A stretch of 64,000 nt of DNA from Squalus acanthias (Eukaryota). Position 1 is the stretch's first letter. Each line of letters begins with the position of its first letter. Shown in pieces: positions 13,419 through 26,094 of the stretch. The position numbers and the translations under genes were made by a program. The notes under the pieces are model-generated. The model was not told the DNA's origin. It saw nothing but the letters and a program-made list of their open reading frames with translations, and made no database searches. Location: contig CM059442.1 in NCBI GenBank assembly GCA_030390025.1, forward strand, positions 27,032,001 through 27,096,000. Direction: 5' to 3'.

Positions 13419-14375
13419 GTGCCAGCCTTGGCTTGGTGGTAGCACTCTCTCCTCTGAGACAGAAGGTTATGGGTTCCAGTCCCATGCCAAAGGTATGAGC
13501 AGCTAATCCTGGCAGATATCACAATGACTACCTACTTCCACCTCCACAATTTCCGCCTGTCTCCGCCCCTGCCTCAACCCATCTGAAACCCTCGTCCATG
13601 CTTTTGTTACCTCCAGACTCGGCTATTCCAATAGCTCATCCAAAACTCTGCTGCCCATATCCTAACTCTCTCCACGTCCTGTTCACCCATCACCCCTGTG
13701 CTCACTGCCCTACTTTGGCTCTTGGTCCACCAACGTCTCAATTTTAAAATTCTCATCCTTGTTTTCAAATCGCGCCGTGACTTTGCCCCTCCCTATCTCT
13801 GTAACCTCCTCCAGCCCGCCAAGAACTTTGTGTTCCTCCAACTCTGGCCTTTTGTGCATCCTCCACTTCCTTTGTTTCATCATTGGTGGCCGTGCCTTCA
13901 GCCGTCTAGCCCCTTAGCTCTGGAATTCCCTCCTCAAACGTGTTCACCTCTCCAGCTCTCCTCCTCCTTTTAAGACACAGCTTAAAACACACCTCTTTGA
14001 CCAAGCATTTGGTCACCTGTCCTAATGTCTCCTTCTTTGGCTCCGTGTCAATGTCCTTTTCTGATTACGCTCTTTGGGACCTTTTTACTACATTAAAGGT
14101 GCTATATAAATGCAAGTTGTTGTTGATATCCAGTGCAGTACTGAAGGAGCAGATATGAGATCCAATGGCACATTTTGAAGAGCAATGAGTGCTCTCAGTA
14201 TCTTCGCCAACCTATCTCCATCAACGAAGAGATTATTTGGTCATTTATCTTCGTGCTGCTTGAGGGACCTTGTGTGTAAGTTGACTGTTCCAATTGCCTG
14301 CATTACTGCAAAAAGTACCTAATTAGCTGTGATGCACTTTGGGATGCCCTGAGGATATGAAAGGTGCTGTAAGTT
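13419..14375 (+). mobile_element. Older Deu-domain SINE split by an L2 insertion
   Basis: tRNA head at 13419-13520; the body resumes at about 14126 with CCAGTGCAGTACTGA and a degenerate Deu core and tail. Confidence 0.7.
13525..14125 (+). mobile_element. L2 LINE 3' fragment
   Basis: ETLVHAFVTSRL..IQNSAA..PITPVL..QRLNFKILILVFK L2 motifs; tail AAAGGTGCTATATAAATGCAAGTTGTTGTTG shared with the Deu SINE tail. Confidence 0.9.
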
Positions 14376-15254
14376 CATATTTTTGGATGGGGAGAAGAAG
14401 GATAAGGGGGTGGGTGGGGTGGTCAAAGCCACCCCTCTCCCAGGTCACAATGGATGAAGCATGGTAATATGAACACTATCTCCTGGCAGAAATACATAGC
14501 AACACCAGTAGCAGCTGCAATAGGTCGCAGGCACAGGAGAAGCATCTCTCCATGAATATCTTACGAATGTGCCAGCCACTACTATGTATGTTGAGGCAAA
14601 ACTCCCAAGATGCATTTGCACCCTGCTTTATTGCCATTGGAGAAAGGATACAGGCGGGTGTGCAGAGGAACAGAAGCTATATGCATGCTTGGGGATTCTG
14701 AAGCCTCCGAGATGCCAACTATGCTATGGTCATGCAGATCAGTGTGGAATAGAGGAGCCCTCAAACAGTGGCATGCATGTAGCATAAGTACACTCATGAC
14801 AGTTCTATGCCATTAAGTAGCCCTGCACAAATGGCAGTAGGTGCTGGCTCAAAGTACTGAACCCACAGCGAGTATGGCACTCGGAACCTCTGGCCTGATG
14901 CAGCCCCGTACAGGACTTTCTGTATTGCCTGCTGCTCTGCAGTTGGTTATCAATCAATACTTCTAAATTTGGAGAAGGGCTTGGGGCACGTTCAAACCCA
15001 TCACAGATGTTCACGATAATTTAGCTGTAAATGCAGAATCAAAGCCTGTACTGTGTACACTGCTAGTGCTGCACAATATAACTTCAATATAATTTAGTCT
15101 ACTGTTCCTTCATTGCTCTGAAAATAAAGCATCTGTTGTCCAAAAGCAAAACAAATATGTGTACACGGTATTAATTAAATGGGGATAGTAAATAAAAGTT
15201 CCATTCCGTTGCAGAGCAGAGTGGAAGAACTGGGTAATGAGGCTGTTGTGCATC

Positions 15255-15430
15255 ATTTATTGCCCATCCCTAGTTGCCCTTGAGTAGCTGGTGGTGAGCC
15301 ACCGCCTTGAACCTCTGCAGTCCATGTGGTGAGGGTACTCCCACAGTGCTGGTAGGTAGCGTTCCAGGATTTTGAACTAGCAACGATTCGGGAACGGCGA
15401 TATATCTCCAAGTATGGTGGGGAACTTGGA
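15255..15430 (-). mobile_element. LINE family B 3'-end fragment
   Basis: CATTTATTGCCCATCCCTAGTTGCCCTTGAG is the reverse complement of the family B tail. Confidence 0.8.
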
Positions 15431-15862
15431 CGTGTACCTAACAGATTTCTGCTCAATGCCTAGTAGCATCTGTTCTCTACTAGGTAATGGGAGTTGTGCA
15501 AAGAAATCAGCCGTGGTTATCCTAATACATAGCTCATCTCGCCATGGAGCCAGATATCCATCCTTCCATTTCTTTCAAAAAGCTAGGTTATGTTTGATTC
15601 TCTGATTAAAAGTATTATGCATACTCCATGTATCTTTTTCACCTGGAATTACGCATAATTTCTTAGTGTTTGCATAGCATTTATATGTGGTTTGAATGTT
15701 CGTCTTCCCTATTTGGGTATGCTATACGTCAGTGAGTACCTGAGTGGCTATATTTATATAGTCAGTGATGTCTCATAAGTTGGGGAAGACAGCAATTTTT
15801 TTTTCAACATGCTGTTGCTGTTTCTGGCTCTCCTTGAGATGTGTGTAGGAATATAGGATTCA

Positions 15863-15985
<123 letters not shown>

Positions 15986-16261
15986 TTAAAGCAGTTAACT
16001 TGAGATGTCTCGTGTCACAATAGTTCAGGACAATGGTGACTTTCACTGCCACTGGTAATGCAGTGTGGATTGTTGATTGCCCCTGTGTTTATGGATCAGA
16101 TGGCGCAGCTTCTCTAGTGAGCTTGAGTATTTCAGGTATTGCTTCTCAGTCTTGGCAAGTTAGCTGATTCTATTGATATGTACTCTGTTTTCCTGGACCT
16201 CCTTCTCCTCCTTTTCCTCCTCCAATATGTTGCCACCATCCCCCCCCCCCCCCCACCCCAC

Positions 16262-17350
16262 CAATAGGAACAGGAGTAGACCATTCAGCCCCCAAGTCTG
16301 TTCCATCATTCAGTTAGATCATGGTTGATCTGTATCTTAACTCCATCTACCCGCTTTGGTTCCATAACCCTTAATACCCTTTTTGAAATTTGAAATTTTT
16401 AATTGACCCAACCTCAAAAGCTTTTTAGGGAGAGAGTTCCAGATTTCCACTACCCTTTGTGTGAAGAAGTGCTTCCTGACATTGCCCTGAACAGCTCTAA
16501 TTTTAAGGTTATTTAAAATTATGAAGGGATTTGATAGGGTAGATGTAAAGAAGATGTCCCTTGTCTTCTCTCGCCACAGGAAATAGTTTCTCGCTATCGA
16601 CCCTATCAACTCCTTTAATCATCTTAAACACCTCAATTAGACCACTCCTTAATCTTCTTTACTCAAGAGAATACAAGCTTAGTCGATGCAACCTATCCTC
16701 ATAATTTAACCCTTTTAGCCCAGGTATCATTCTGGTGACTCTGCATTGCACCCACTCCAAGGTCAATATTACACAGAATTTACAGCACAGAAACAGGCCA
16801 TTTAGCCAGCTGGTCTTTGCCAGTGTTTATCCTCCACACGAGCCTCCTCCCACCCTACTTCATCTAACCCAGTCAGCATAACCTTCTATTCCTTTCTTCC
16901 TCATGTACGTATCTAGCTTTCCCTTAAATGCATCTATGCTATTCGCCTCAACTACATATGGTAGCATATTCCACATTTTAACCATGCTCTGGTAAAGAAA
17001 TTTCTCCTGAATCCTTTATTGGATTTATTAGCGACTATCTTATATTTATGGCTCTTAGTTTTGGTCTCCCCCACAAGTGGAAACCTCTCCTCTACCCTAT
17101 CAAACCCCTTCATAATTTTAAAGACCTCTATTAAGTCACCCCTCAGCCTTCTCTTTTCTAGAGAAAAAGGCCTCCTGAGGTGTGGTGCCCAGAACTGAAC
17201 ACAGTACTCTACATGGGGTCTAACCAGAGCTTTACATAACTGTAGCATAACTTCTACTCCTTTTGTATTCCAGGCCCCTTGCGATAAAGGCCAAATTTCC
17301 ATCAGGCTTTGTAATTATTTTTTGTACCTGTCCACTTGCTTTTAGTGATT
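16262..17350 (-). mobile_element. Two adjacent 5'-truncated CR1 fragments (16262-16770 and 16770-17350)
   Basis: FFTQRVVEIWNSLP and [24 protein letters not shown] motifs; two distinct 3' tails. Confidence 0.9.
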
Positions 17351-18950
17351 TTTGTCGTGCTGTGTGCTGTTAACTGCTGTCCTGTTACTTGGAGCCTGTT
17401 GACTTAATTCTCCTCACGAATGCCATGATGAGCTGGAGTTTTAAAAACTTCCCTTTGACTGCTTTCACAGCTACAGAATGCAATGAGTTCCTCTTTAGAG
17501 GCTTTCAGCATAGCCTTTAATAAGCTCTAGATTAGACCTTTTAAAAAATAAAAAAAATAAATTGTGCTGTTTTTGAAGGCTGCAAATATTCAGAGCAGGC
17601 CTAAACGCACATTCTTGAAAATAGAACATGCAAGCAAACCATGGACCATTGGACTGAATAGAATTATGGCATATACAACTGAAATATTGGGCTCTGGTGT
17701 TGGGGAAAATAAAACCACACACAGCCAAATGGGCTATAGATTGGGTTTCATTAGTTCTCAATTACAATACACTGTTGTTTTTGGGATCGATACTAATAGT
17801 ATGTACTGAAAATGATTGTGTAACTACCCGATGATACTTGATAGTTACCTGTAGATCAAGTATACAGATCACAGACCTCGTCTTTTTAACAAAGGGCTCC
17901 GCTTTTGCATCATCCTATTTCTATTATGAACATTCAGAGAGAACTTTTCAAAATAAATATGTTGTAGATTCCATGAGATGCTTGTTTGAATTACTAACCT
18001 TGGAAACCAGTATACATGATAAGTTAATTATAGGCTTCCAGCTTCAGTGCCTTCTTATATTGCTGAAGTGGCTTTTGTACTCGTTGTATTCTCAAAAACA
18101 AATTGCACTCGTCATTTAAACTGTGGCTCTACAGCCACCACAAAAGTTAATCTTCAAGTATTAAACCTCTTGCACCTCACTTCCTATTAAAAATTATTTT
18201 ATATAACCACCAGTGCTTCAGATCAGACGCGCAATCATTGCTATATTTATATAGCTCTAAAATCCCTGTACTGTGGAATACAAGCCTTCAATCTGATGCA
18301 CGTAGTCATTCCAATGATGGCACTAGTCACAAGCCTGACTGACAGAGCAGCTTTTGTGTAAGTTATTCCCCCTCATCTGGTATTATTTTTCTTTCTTTCC
18401 TCCTCTCTCTGTTCTGCTGAAGGCTCTTGTTGGGCCATAGTAATACAGATGATTGCAAGCCTCTTCCTGGTCTGTGCGGTTCAGTACCACACCATGTCCT
18501 GTATTTATATTGCATCAGATTTTTAAATCCAGAGATTTTTAAGAAACTTGCGGTGCAAATATTTTAGAAATGAAAATTCAAGCAAATTTATGAAAACTAT
18601 TTTGTGCAGTAAAGAATTGCAAATCTGAAAGAGTTTGGAACTAAATAGCTATCTTATTTATTGTTAAATGCTTGATTATTCTTTAAGTATCTCCAATGTA
18701 ATTGCAATAATTTGCAAATAGCTTTATTTGTTTAAATTGCAGCCTTTTCCACTTCTGATCAACTTGCTAATTTATGCAGAATTAAAGTGATAAAAAGGCA
18801 AACTGCTTCCTCTGCAATAGAGGAAACATTGCACTTCATTGCTGGTTTCGATTAATTTATTTTGGTGTGTGAAATGTTAGCAATTGCAGAAAGTACCTTT
18901 CCAGTTGAAATGTGAATTAGCAGATACAAGACTTGGTTCTGTAGGGCACT

Positions 18951-19151
18951 GGGCAGATTTTCCTTCTCTTAGATCTTAAAGGATCACTTGAGAGGAAATT
19001 TGATTTCACGCCTGTAACGGAGGCTGCCTGAGTTTCTGCCCATTAAATGAGCAAAAAAATCAGGTGAGCTCTATTATAGGTGTGCGCACAACTTTCCTCT
19101 GTGTTCTGCCCAGCTGATCTTTTACACCGAAGCATGAGAGGAAGATCTACC
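18951..19151. mobile_element. Short palindromic Harbinger-type MITE, possibly nested
   Basis: Ends GGGCAGATTTTCC / GGAAGATCTACC; internal palindrome AGAGGAAATT..CCCATTAAATGAGC..ACTTTCCTCT. Confidence 0.5.
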
Positions 19152-19698
19152 TTTAAGTCCACCTCGTTTTGATCAATTGGAAGCAGCAATTTCATTGATA
19201 GGAAATTTACTTTCTTGTGTGTGCAACATACTGTGTATAAAATGAGCCTTGATCTTGTGGCCAGGTTCCATGCTTTTTTGAACGTTGATCAAGTAGAGGT
19301 TCCTACCTCTAATCTTGCTCCTATTTGTTTCAGCCCTCTAAAATTGACTCCTCACCGTTCTACAAGATGTCACTATAAAATTAAAGGTTTTAATCTCCCT
19401 GCTGTGCAATGTGCAGCTTTCAGTACAACGGATTGCATTCCCATAAAATAAATGGAGTTGAGAATAGTTCCAGTAAGTATTGTTTAGAATGCCTTTGTTT
19501 GAATCTGTTTCAACAACTAAGGAATAGCAGTGTTGTCCAATTCAAATGTTAGCCTCTTCACAAATAATGCAAATCAGCAAAACCTTACATTTGCAGCTTT
19601 CACTAGATCATAAAAGAAAATACTGTGCAATGTAGCCATGCCTAGAATTGATTGTGTGCCTTTTCCCTTATTTCTTTTCCAGAATTTACTTAGCCAAT

Positions 19699-20710
19699 AT
19701 GAAAACACTTTCGGCTGCTTCATTCATTCTTCTCTCGGTGATTAATTATGGATCTTCTCAGAACTCGAGCAATCCTATTCCAGACAGAGGCTGCGGATTA
19801 AACCTCCTTCCTCACTACCTGAACCTGTGCAGTCTGGATGTAATCTGGGGAATAGTTGTGGAGGCGGTAGCAGGCGCAGGAGTGCTAACTGCATTCTTAT
19901 TGATGCTGATTCTTCTGGTGAAGTTACCGTTTATTAAAGACAAAGAAAAGAAGAGTCCTTTGGGAATCCAGTTCCTGTTCTTGTTTGGCACGCTCGGGTT
20001 ATTTGGACTGTCATTTGCATTTATTATACCAGAAGATGAAAGAACATGTCCCACAAGAAGATTCTTATGGGGAGTTCTGTTTGCGCTTTGCTTTTCATGC
20101 TTGCTGGCGCAGGCATGGAGACTACGTCAGCTGGTTCAGCATGGCAAAGGCCCATCTGGATGGCTGTTGGCTGGCATTGCAGTCTGTCTCATGCTAGTTC
20201 AAGTTATAATTGCAGTGGAATGGTTGATCCTAACTATTGTCAGAGATCAAAAATCTGCTTGCAAATATGAGCAGATGGACTTTGTCATGGCATCGATTTA
20301 TGTTATGTTCCTGATGGCTGTTACCTTTTTGCTTGCCTTCTTGACCTTGTGTGGAAAGTTCAAGAAATGGAAGAAGAATGGAGCCGGCATTATTCTAACC
20401 ATGTTCTTTTCCATCTTGATTTGGGTTGCATGGATTGCCATGTACCTCTATGGCAACGGAGAACTGAAAAAACGACCTTTGTGGGATGACCCTGCTCTCG
20501 CCATTGCACTAGTTTCTAATGGATGGGTGTTTCTTATTTTTCATGCTATCCCAGAAGTCCATTGTTCAATTATCCCATCGAAACAAAACACACCAGATTA
20601 CTTTGATGCAGTTCAGCCAAGAATACGTGAGACTAACTTTGAAGAAGAATTGCAACTTCCACGTACATACATGGAAAATAAGGCTTTCTCTTTGGATGAA
20701 TCTGGGGCAG
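19699..20710 (+). CDS. GPRC5B: GPRC5B coding exon 1 (signal peptide and 7TM domain of an orphan class C group 5 GPCR)
   Basis: Acceptor TTTCTTTTCCAG|19683, ATG at 19699; RGCGLNLLP..WGIVVEAVAGAG..RRFLWGVLFALCFSCLL..YMENKAFS matches GPRC5B; phase-1 donor CAG|GTAAGC. Confidence 0.97.
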
Positions 20711-21229
20711 GTAAGCACAAACTTTGGTACTTGTGCCAAAGTTTGATTCATTGATAAACATTGTTGAGCTCAGGTTTGTTCTTGCAGTATTATTTGCCTC
20801 CTATTCTTTCCTCCACCCCTTCTTCCCTAACCAAAAGGAAATGCATGCTATGCTGTGTAACACATATAGATAACAGGACTTGACTCAGTCCATTATTACT
20901 GCAAGAAATTAAGGGGTCTGGGTACTATTGAATGCCTCTTAAAAGTAGTCGCTAGCACGGACTCTATAGGCTTATTAACCAGAAAATGTTTTCGGTCTTA
21001 TTAAAATATTAATTAATATAAGCCAACATAGTTCGTTCCTATTGATTCAGTAGCACTTTGGCTAGAAATCTTTTTCTATGTTGTACTTTTTCTACTTGTA
21101 CTTAAATGTATAAGACAAAACACGGAAATATTCAAGTTTGAAATTTGGTTGTATTATTGTGCTGGTTTTATAGTACTGTGCAAAATTTTCTCTCTATCTC
21201 TCTTTTTCTTTTTCCATTCAACCACATAG

Positions 21230-21339
21230 CCTATAAATCTGGATTTCGCAATGGGAGTCTGGGACATAGACCCAACATTCAACTTCGGAGCAATGTTTAC
21301 CAACCCACTGAAATGGCAGTTGTACTTAATGGTGGAAAT
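21230..21339 (+). CDS. GPRC5B: GPRC5B coding exon 2
   Basis: Pyrimidine tract and TAG acceptor; AYKSGFRNGSLGHRPNIQLRSNVYQPTEMAVVLNGGN; donor AAT|GTAAGT; phase fits. Confidence 0.95.
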
Positions 21340-22308
21340 GTAAGTTTTAAAACAAATCAATTTGTTGAACCTTTGAATTTTACACTCTCTCCTACAGTAT
21401 TTTGACTTCTGTTGGAAAACTTGTGTTTTAGCTTAAAGTTCTAAATGTTGTGGTGGGAAAAGTGGAGAAATTATACTAGTTTATAAGTTGATACAAAAGG
21501 ATATCGACAGTATTCATCTTTTGAAGTTAAGTAGATTGCTACAAAAGTATTTTCATAATTCCAATATTTGGACAATTATTGGGTAAAAGCTAATTCTTTA
21601 AAAGAAAAACTGACGCTTTGAAATAGGTTAGACTATATCTTTATATAATGTGCAATATAATGATACAACTTTTTAATGGAAGTTATAATCTCATCAAATT
21701 TTGCGGATGTTGTTGCTCTTTAAAATCCTGATGTCCTTTAATGGATGGATCATTTGAGCCTTCACCATCCGAGAGGGAGTTAAAATAAGCAACTATTTTA
21801 TAGGCGCTCAAGTTAGTATCTATAAAAAGTCTCTGGCTTTAAATGCACCATCTTCCCCAGCTGCCAACTCGAGCTGAGTTAGAGACTGTGAAATCCCGTT
21901 GTCCTCCTCTACCTGAGCTCAGCTTCCTCCCCCACATCTAATATTTTTTGTATAGATAAAGTTGACTACTCAAATTTTTTTTAAACATTTTTTTAAATCT
22001 GGAGAAAATGCTTGGCTTCTAAAGACCATGGGTGATTTACTCATAATTGAATTGAACTTCTCTGCCATTGAGAATTTTTTTCTTTTTCATGAGGGTAAAT
22101 GGACTAAACTTACTAAAACGAGTAAATCAATTTATTGGGCAGTTTGGAAACTTTAAACTGGCATTTTTTGGATTGTGAAATGTAAGCTGTAGTGGGCTGT
22201 TTGTATTCTGTACAAATGGTTTATGGTTACTTTCATTACAGTAGTCATAAAGAGTGCTTTTCAGAGGCGTGGATGTCTTCCCTTTGACATGTACATAACC
22301 AATATATT

Positions 22309-23070
22309 GGGTCAGATTTTTTTGTAGCAGGGCATCTAACGGCTAGTTAGACTTGCTCCTGCACCTTTTTAGCTCAAAAAACTTTCGCTCACAAAGTTGC
22401 TGAAAGTGCGAGCTGATAACAGCGCAGCGAGGGAAACAGGCCATCTGGGACATGAGTGAACAGGGCAAGCAACAGGATATCTCCTTAACCAATGAGATTT
22501 AAGGATTGGGAAATAAACAGCGGAAGGATTGAGAAGGAGGGTGAATTAAAGGGGGTGAATTCAATATCAAATCAGGTACAGAAGGAGAAATAAAGAGAGG
22601 GAAATAAATATTGGATTGAGAGAGAGAAAAGGAGACAAAGGAAAAGTAAGAAAACATTTTTTTAAATTTGACATGTAAAATCTCCCCGAAAAATTCAAAA
22701 TCTGAAGGAATGAGACTCCACACTTGTAATAGTTAATTTTCAGTGCCAGAGAGGTTGATTGCAGTGATTAACAATAATCACATCGCTAAAAATGTCCTTG
22801 CACTTGTAATTACAAGCCCTAAATATTTGTGGTGGGTTTAGTTCGTACCTACCGTGCAAATACAGCAACTTCATGACATTTAATGCAGGTCAATGGTGAG
22901 ACAGACAGCGACATACCATTTTTGCGAAGCTAACAGCTGAGCAGCGCAACTTTAGGATATTTGCAATTATCCGTGCATCTATTCCTCGCCTGAAGTTGCT
23001 GCACCATTTACACATAAATAACGGCGAGTGCCATTAGCCTCACTGTTATTTTGACAGCAAAATCTGGCCC
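22309..23070. mobile_element. Harbinger-type MITE in the last GPRC5B intron
   Basis: TIRs GGGTCAGATTTT / AAAATCTGGCCC; flanks ATT/AGT; interior similar to 60320-60960. Confidence 0.8.
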
Positions 23071-23344
23071 AGTGTGTTTCAATATTTGTTTGCAGATATT
23101 ATCTTGAACCGCATTTATGCAACTGTATGATACTATTCACTCAACTGCCAATTAAACTACATTCTGTTAATAAAAATGAGTGCAAAAATTACAATTTTAA
23201 TGCTAAACTGAGATTTCCAACCATCTATTGCAGAATGTAACTATAATTTGGATACAAGAATTACTACCATTTTTGAAACAAATTGAGATCACTTACCAAA
23301 ATTAACTTCAGACTAGTACCCATAATTTTTCACTTATTTTTCAG

Positions 23345-23389
23345 ATCCCATCTGCTCCTCCAAGTTATGCAGGAAGACACCTTTGGTGA
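23345..23389 (+). CDS. GPRC5B: GPRC5B last coding exon
   Basis: TTTTTCAG acceptor; IPSAPPSYAGRHLW* matches the recalled GPRC5B C-terminus; spliced CDS is 1167 nt, 388 aa. Confidence 0.95.
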   Translation: MPSAPPSYAGRHLW

Positions 23390-24581
23390 AGGCTAAACTG
23401 TTTTAAGTCATAAGCAAATTCCAGCAGTTCAATGGACAAAAATCAATACAAATGATGAAGCTCGTGGTAGTAACACAAGTAGGAGCTGTTTTGGAGCCCA
23501 ATTAAATGGGAATTTATTCTAAACTGATAACTTTTTATAGGATGTACAGTGAAGCTTGTAGGGTGTACATACGAAGTACTTTTTCTTTTAAAGCCACAAG
23601 TCTTTAGATGAAAGCAGCGCCAGAACGATACGGAAGAGAACCTTTGTGGCTCTGGAGCATTTTAGTGTTGATGTACATATAGGGATTGCATTACATTTAA
23701 TAAATTATGGCAATGTGTAACTTTCAATATTGCTTCATTTCTGCAAAACCAATATCTAGTAGATATTTCATTGAAACTCCCTGGAGGAGATGGGGATAAC
23801 TTGTTTATCTTTGATATGGTTTTATTGCAGCGTTAGTAATGTATGTAATTAGTGGAGAAGAGTTCATTGCAACAGAGCAGTAACTTTGGTATTTTTAATT
23901 GTTTGTGCATTCCATATTATCCAACAGAAAAGCCGTAATGTAAATTGGTGTGGCAATCTACGGTTCTTTCAAATGTAGTTTGTTCTAGACATGACTAAAC
24001 AGTAATGTTTTTCTTTTGCAATGAAGATTCAGTTTGTGGTGCATGTGTACTGTATACTGAAAGCAAGTGAGATATGAAAGTTTTAATAATTAAAACACTA
24101 GTATGCTTTGTATGCAATAAGTTTTGTTAATGCCATACTTGTAGTTAAAATAGTGGAACAAAAAATTGCTAGTAAAGTGCAGATTTTTTAAGCTTGTATA
24201 AACCTCATCCTCAATTACTACATTATCCAACTTTTAAAAACTTTACTTTTGTAAATTGTCAACATGCCAAACACCTTGCAGCTACAAGTTGAAGTCCCAT
24301 TTGGCTCATCAACTGGCAAAACCACATTTTTGTGTGTACTGTAAATTTAAAAAAAATCTAAGACTGCACAGTATACATGCCTATGGCTTTAAACTCCTTG
24401 ATTGGAAGTACATTGCTCTGTTACAGCTTTATAGATATGATTCACAGAAACCAAATATTTTTTGTAGTTTGCTCTTTCACTTTAATGCTACAAAGCCTGA
24501 TATTTTAGCTTAATGCCTGTCTTTGGTACAACAGCAGATTTTATTTATAACTAAACTACTGCTCAATCTTTTGACAAGTCT

Positions 24582-24587
24582 ATTAAA
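24582..24587 (+). terminator. GPRC5B: Candidate GPRC5B polyadenylation signal (ATTAAA)
   Basis: Ends about 1.2 kb of repeat-free AU-rich 3' UTR and is followed by U/GU-rich sequence; alternative AATAAA at 24814 and 24910. Confidence 0.4.
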
Positions 24588-24694
24588 CATTGTGCTTTTT
24601 CTAAAAACTAATTCCATGAAATTTTTGCGCATACGCACCGTGTTTTTACAAGGGTATCTAATGAAGACAATCAATCTGTGCAAATTCTAGATTT

Positions 24695-24702
24695 TGTGTG
24701 TG

Positions 24703-24746
<44 letters not shown>
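24695..24746. repeat. Compound (TG)/(TA)/(TG) microsatellite
   Basis: Seen directly. Confidence 0.95.
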
Positions 24747-24747
<1 letters not shown>

Positions 24748-24931
24748 TAGACACGTCACATGTTGACAGAATATAAAGCATGTGCAAAAGTTTTATTTTC
24801 AAAATGCTATTAAAATAAATAACATTACTATATTTACTTAGTGTCAAATCTCCTATTGTTTGATTTGAAATGCAGAACAAAATTTAATACAGACTAATTT
24901 TAATTGGAGAATAAAAGACAATTAAGTGCCA

Positions 24932-25053
24932 TTAATTACAAGCTTCTCTGATGTGCAGCATTATATCGTGTGCGGTGGGTGGGGACTCTTCAACAGACAC
25001 TTCTTCAGAAGGGCTGGTCAAGGACTCTTCAACTTCCTCCATTTTCTGTCCAA
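24932..25053 (-). CDS. IQCK: Probable last coding exon of IQCK
   Basis: Minus-strand acceptor CTTTATTTTATATATAG|; phase-1 frame (V)GQKMEEVEESLTSPSEEVSVEESPPTAHDIMLHIREACN*; resembles the recalled human IQCK VKCKMEDD; IQCK is the known tail-to-tail neighbour of GPRC5B. Confidence 0.7.
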
Positions 25054-25496
25054 CTATATATAAAATAAAGCAAGTGAATCAGTCATCATTTCTGTGGAAT
25101 AAAATTTTATATTAAATACCGACTTGTTAGTAAAGATTATGGTTTCTGCATTTGTTTAACATTTTCCATTATGAGTACAAGAATAAGAGAAAACTTGTCC
25201 ACTACTTTGCAAGTTTAAATCCTGAAACCGATCACTATTCCACCTCGCTGATTTTAGAACTTCTTATTTGGAGCACAAGGAGATGATCAGATAGTGGAGC
25301 AAACTACATGTCAATCTTGAAGTGTACCTCATTTACAGGTAAATGGCTGCAGCTGTATTTTTTGCTCAAGCTGAAACTTCACTCAATTATGCAATGTAGT
25401 GGTCAGGCCTATTAATGTAGGAGATGAGAATCAATGGTTGGTTTATCAGGTTGCTTTGCTTTATCAGGTTGCAAGCACTGTTTGAGCTGAAATAAA

Positions 25497-25740
25497 TAAA
25501 TGGTCACAAGTTGTCTTTTGTTTGTTTATACCGAGAACTCAAAATGATTCTTCGTATGAGCAGGTAATTTCTGGAAGGACATAACCATTTTTAAACTTTG
25601 GAAGGAGATTGTGAATAAAAACACTGCATTTATTTTATTAACCAAAATATTTTGCTTCAATATACCCAATACTGTTACATAGATGTTCGATAAGGAAGGA
25701 AAATTGCTGGAACACACTCAAATAAGCACTTGACCTTTTT
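25497..25740 (+). repeat. Diverged direct repeat, copy 1 (copy 2 at 29217-29454)
   Basis: Shared TAAATGGTCACAAGTTGTCTTTTGTTTGTTTATAC..ACTGTTACATAGATGTTCG..AAGGAAGGAAA..CTTGACCTTTT. Confidence 0.85.
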
Positions 25741-26094
25741 CATCTGAATCTTCCACTATCACAATTGCATGCCAGGTGTAATGGCTAGGCTAGTGTATAA
25801 CACATAGGTTATTAAAATTGGCAGACTTATGAGGTTGTAATTCCAGGCAGTATGACTACACAAAACTCAAATGTTTTATGTATGTCAATAAAATCCTGAA
25901 TTACTGCCTTAAATTTATTACTTTTACACAATATCTTACATTTGTGCATCACAATGTAGCACAAGGCTTTTGAGCTGTGGATTGCTTTAAAAATACTTTG
26001 TAATTCTATCTATTAATGTTCTCCACTTTCAGCATTCTGCATATAAGCTATTAATGCATTACAGTAAAATGTGCAAATTTAATGTATACTTAAT

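Noticed and set aside
19648-20754. The 368-aa ORF-track model as the full GPRC5B protein
   Set aside because: Its first residues come from the intron pyrimidine tract and 5' UTR, and its last 14 residues read through the donor at 20711; the spliced model fits better
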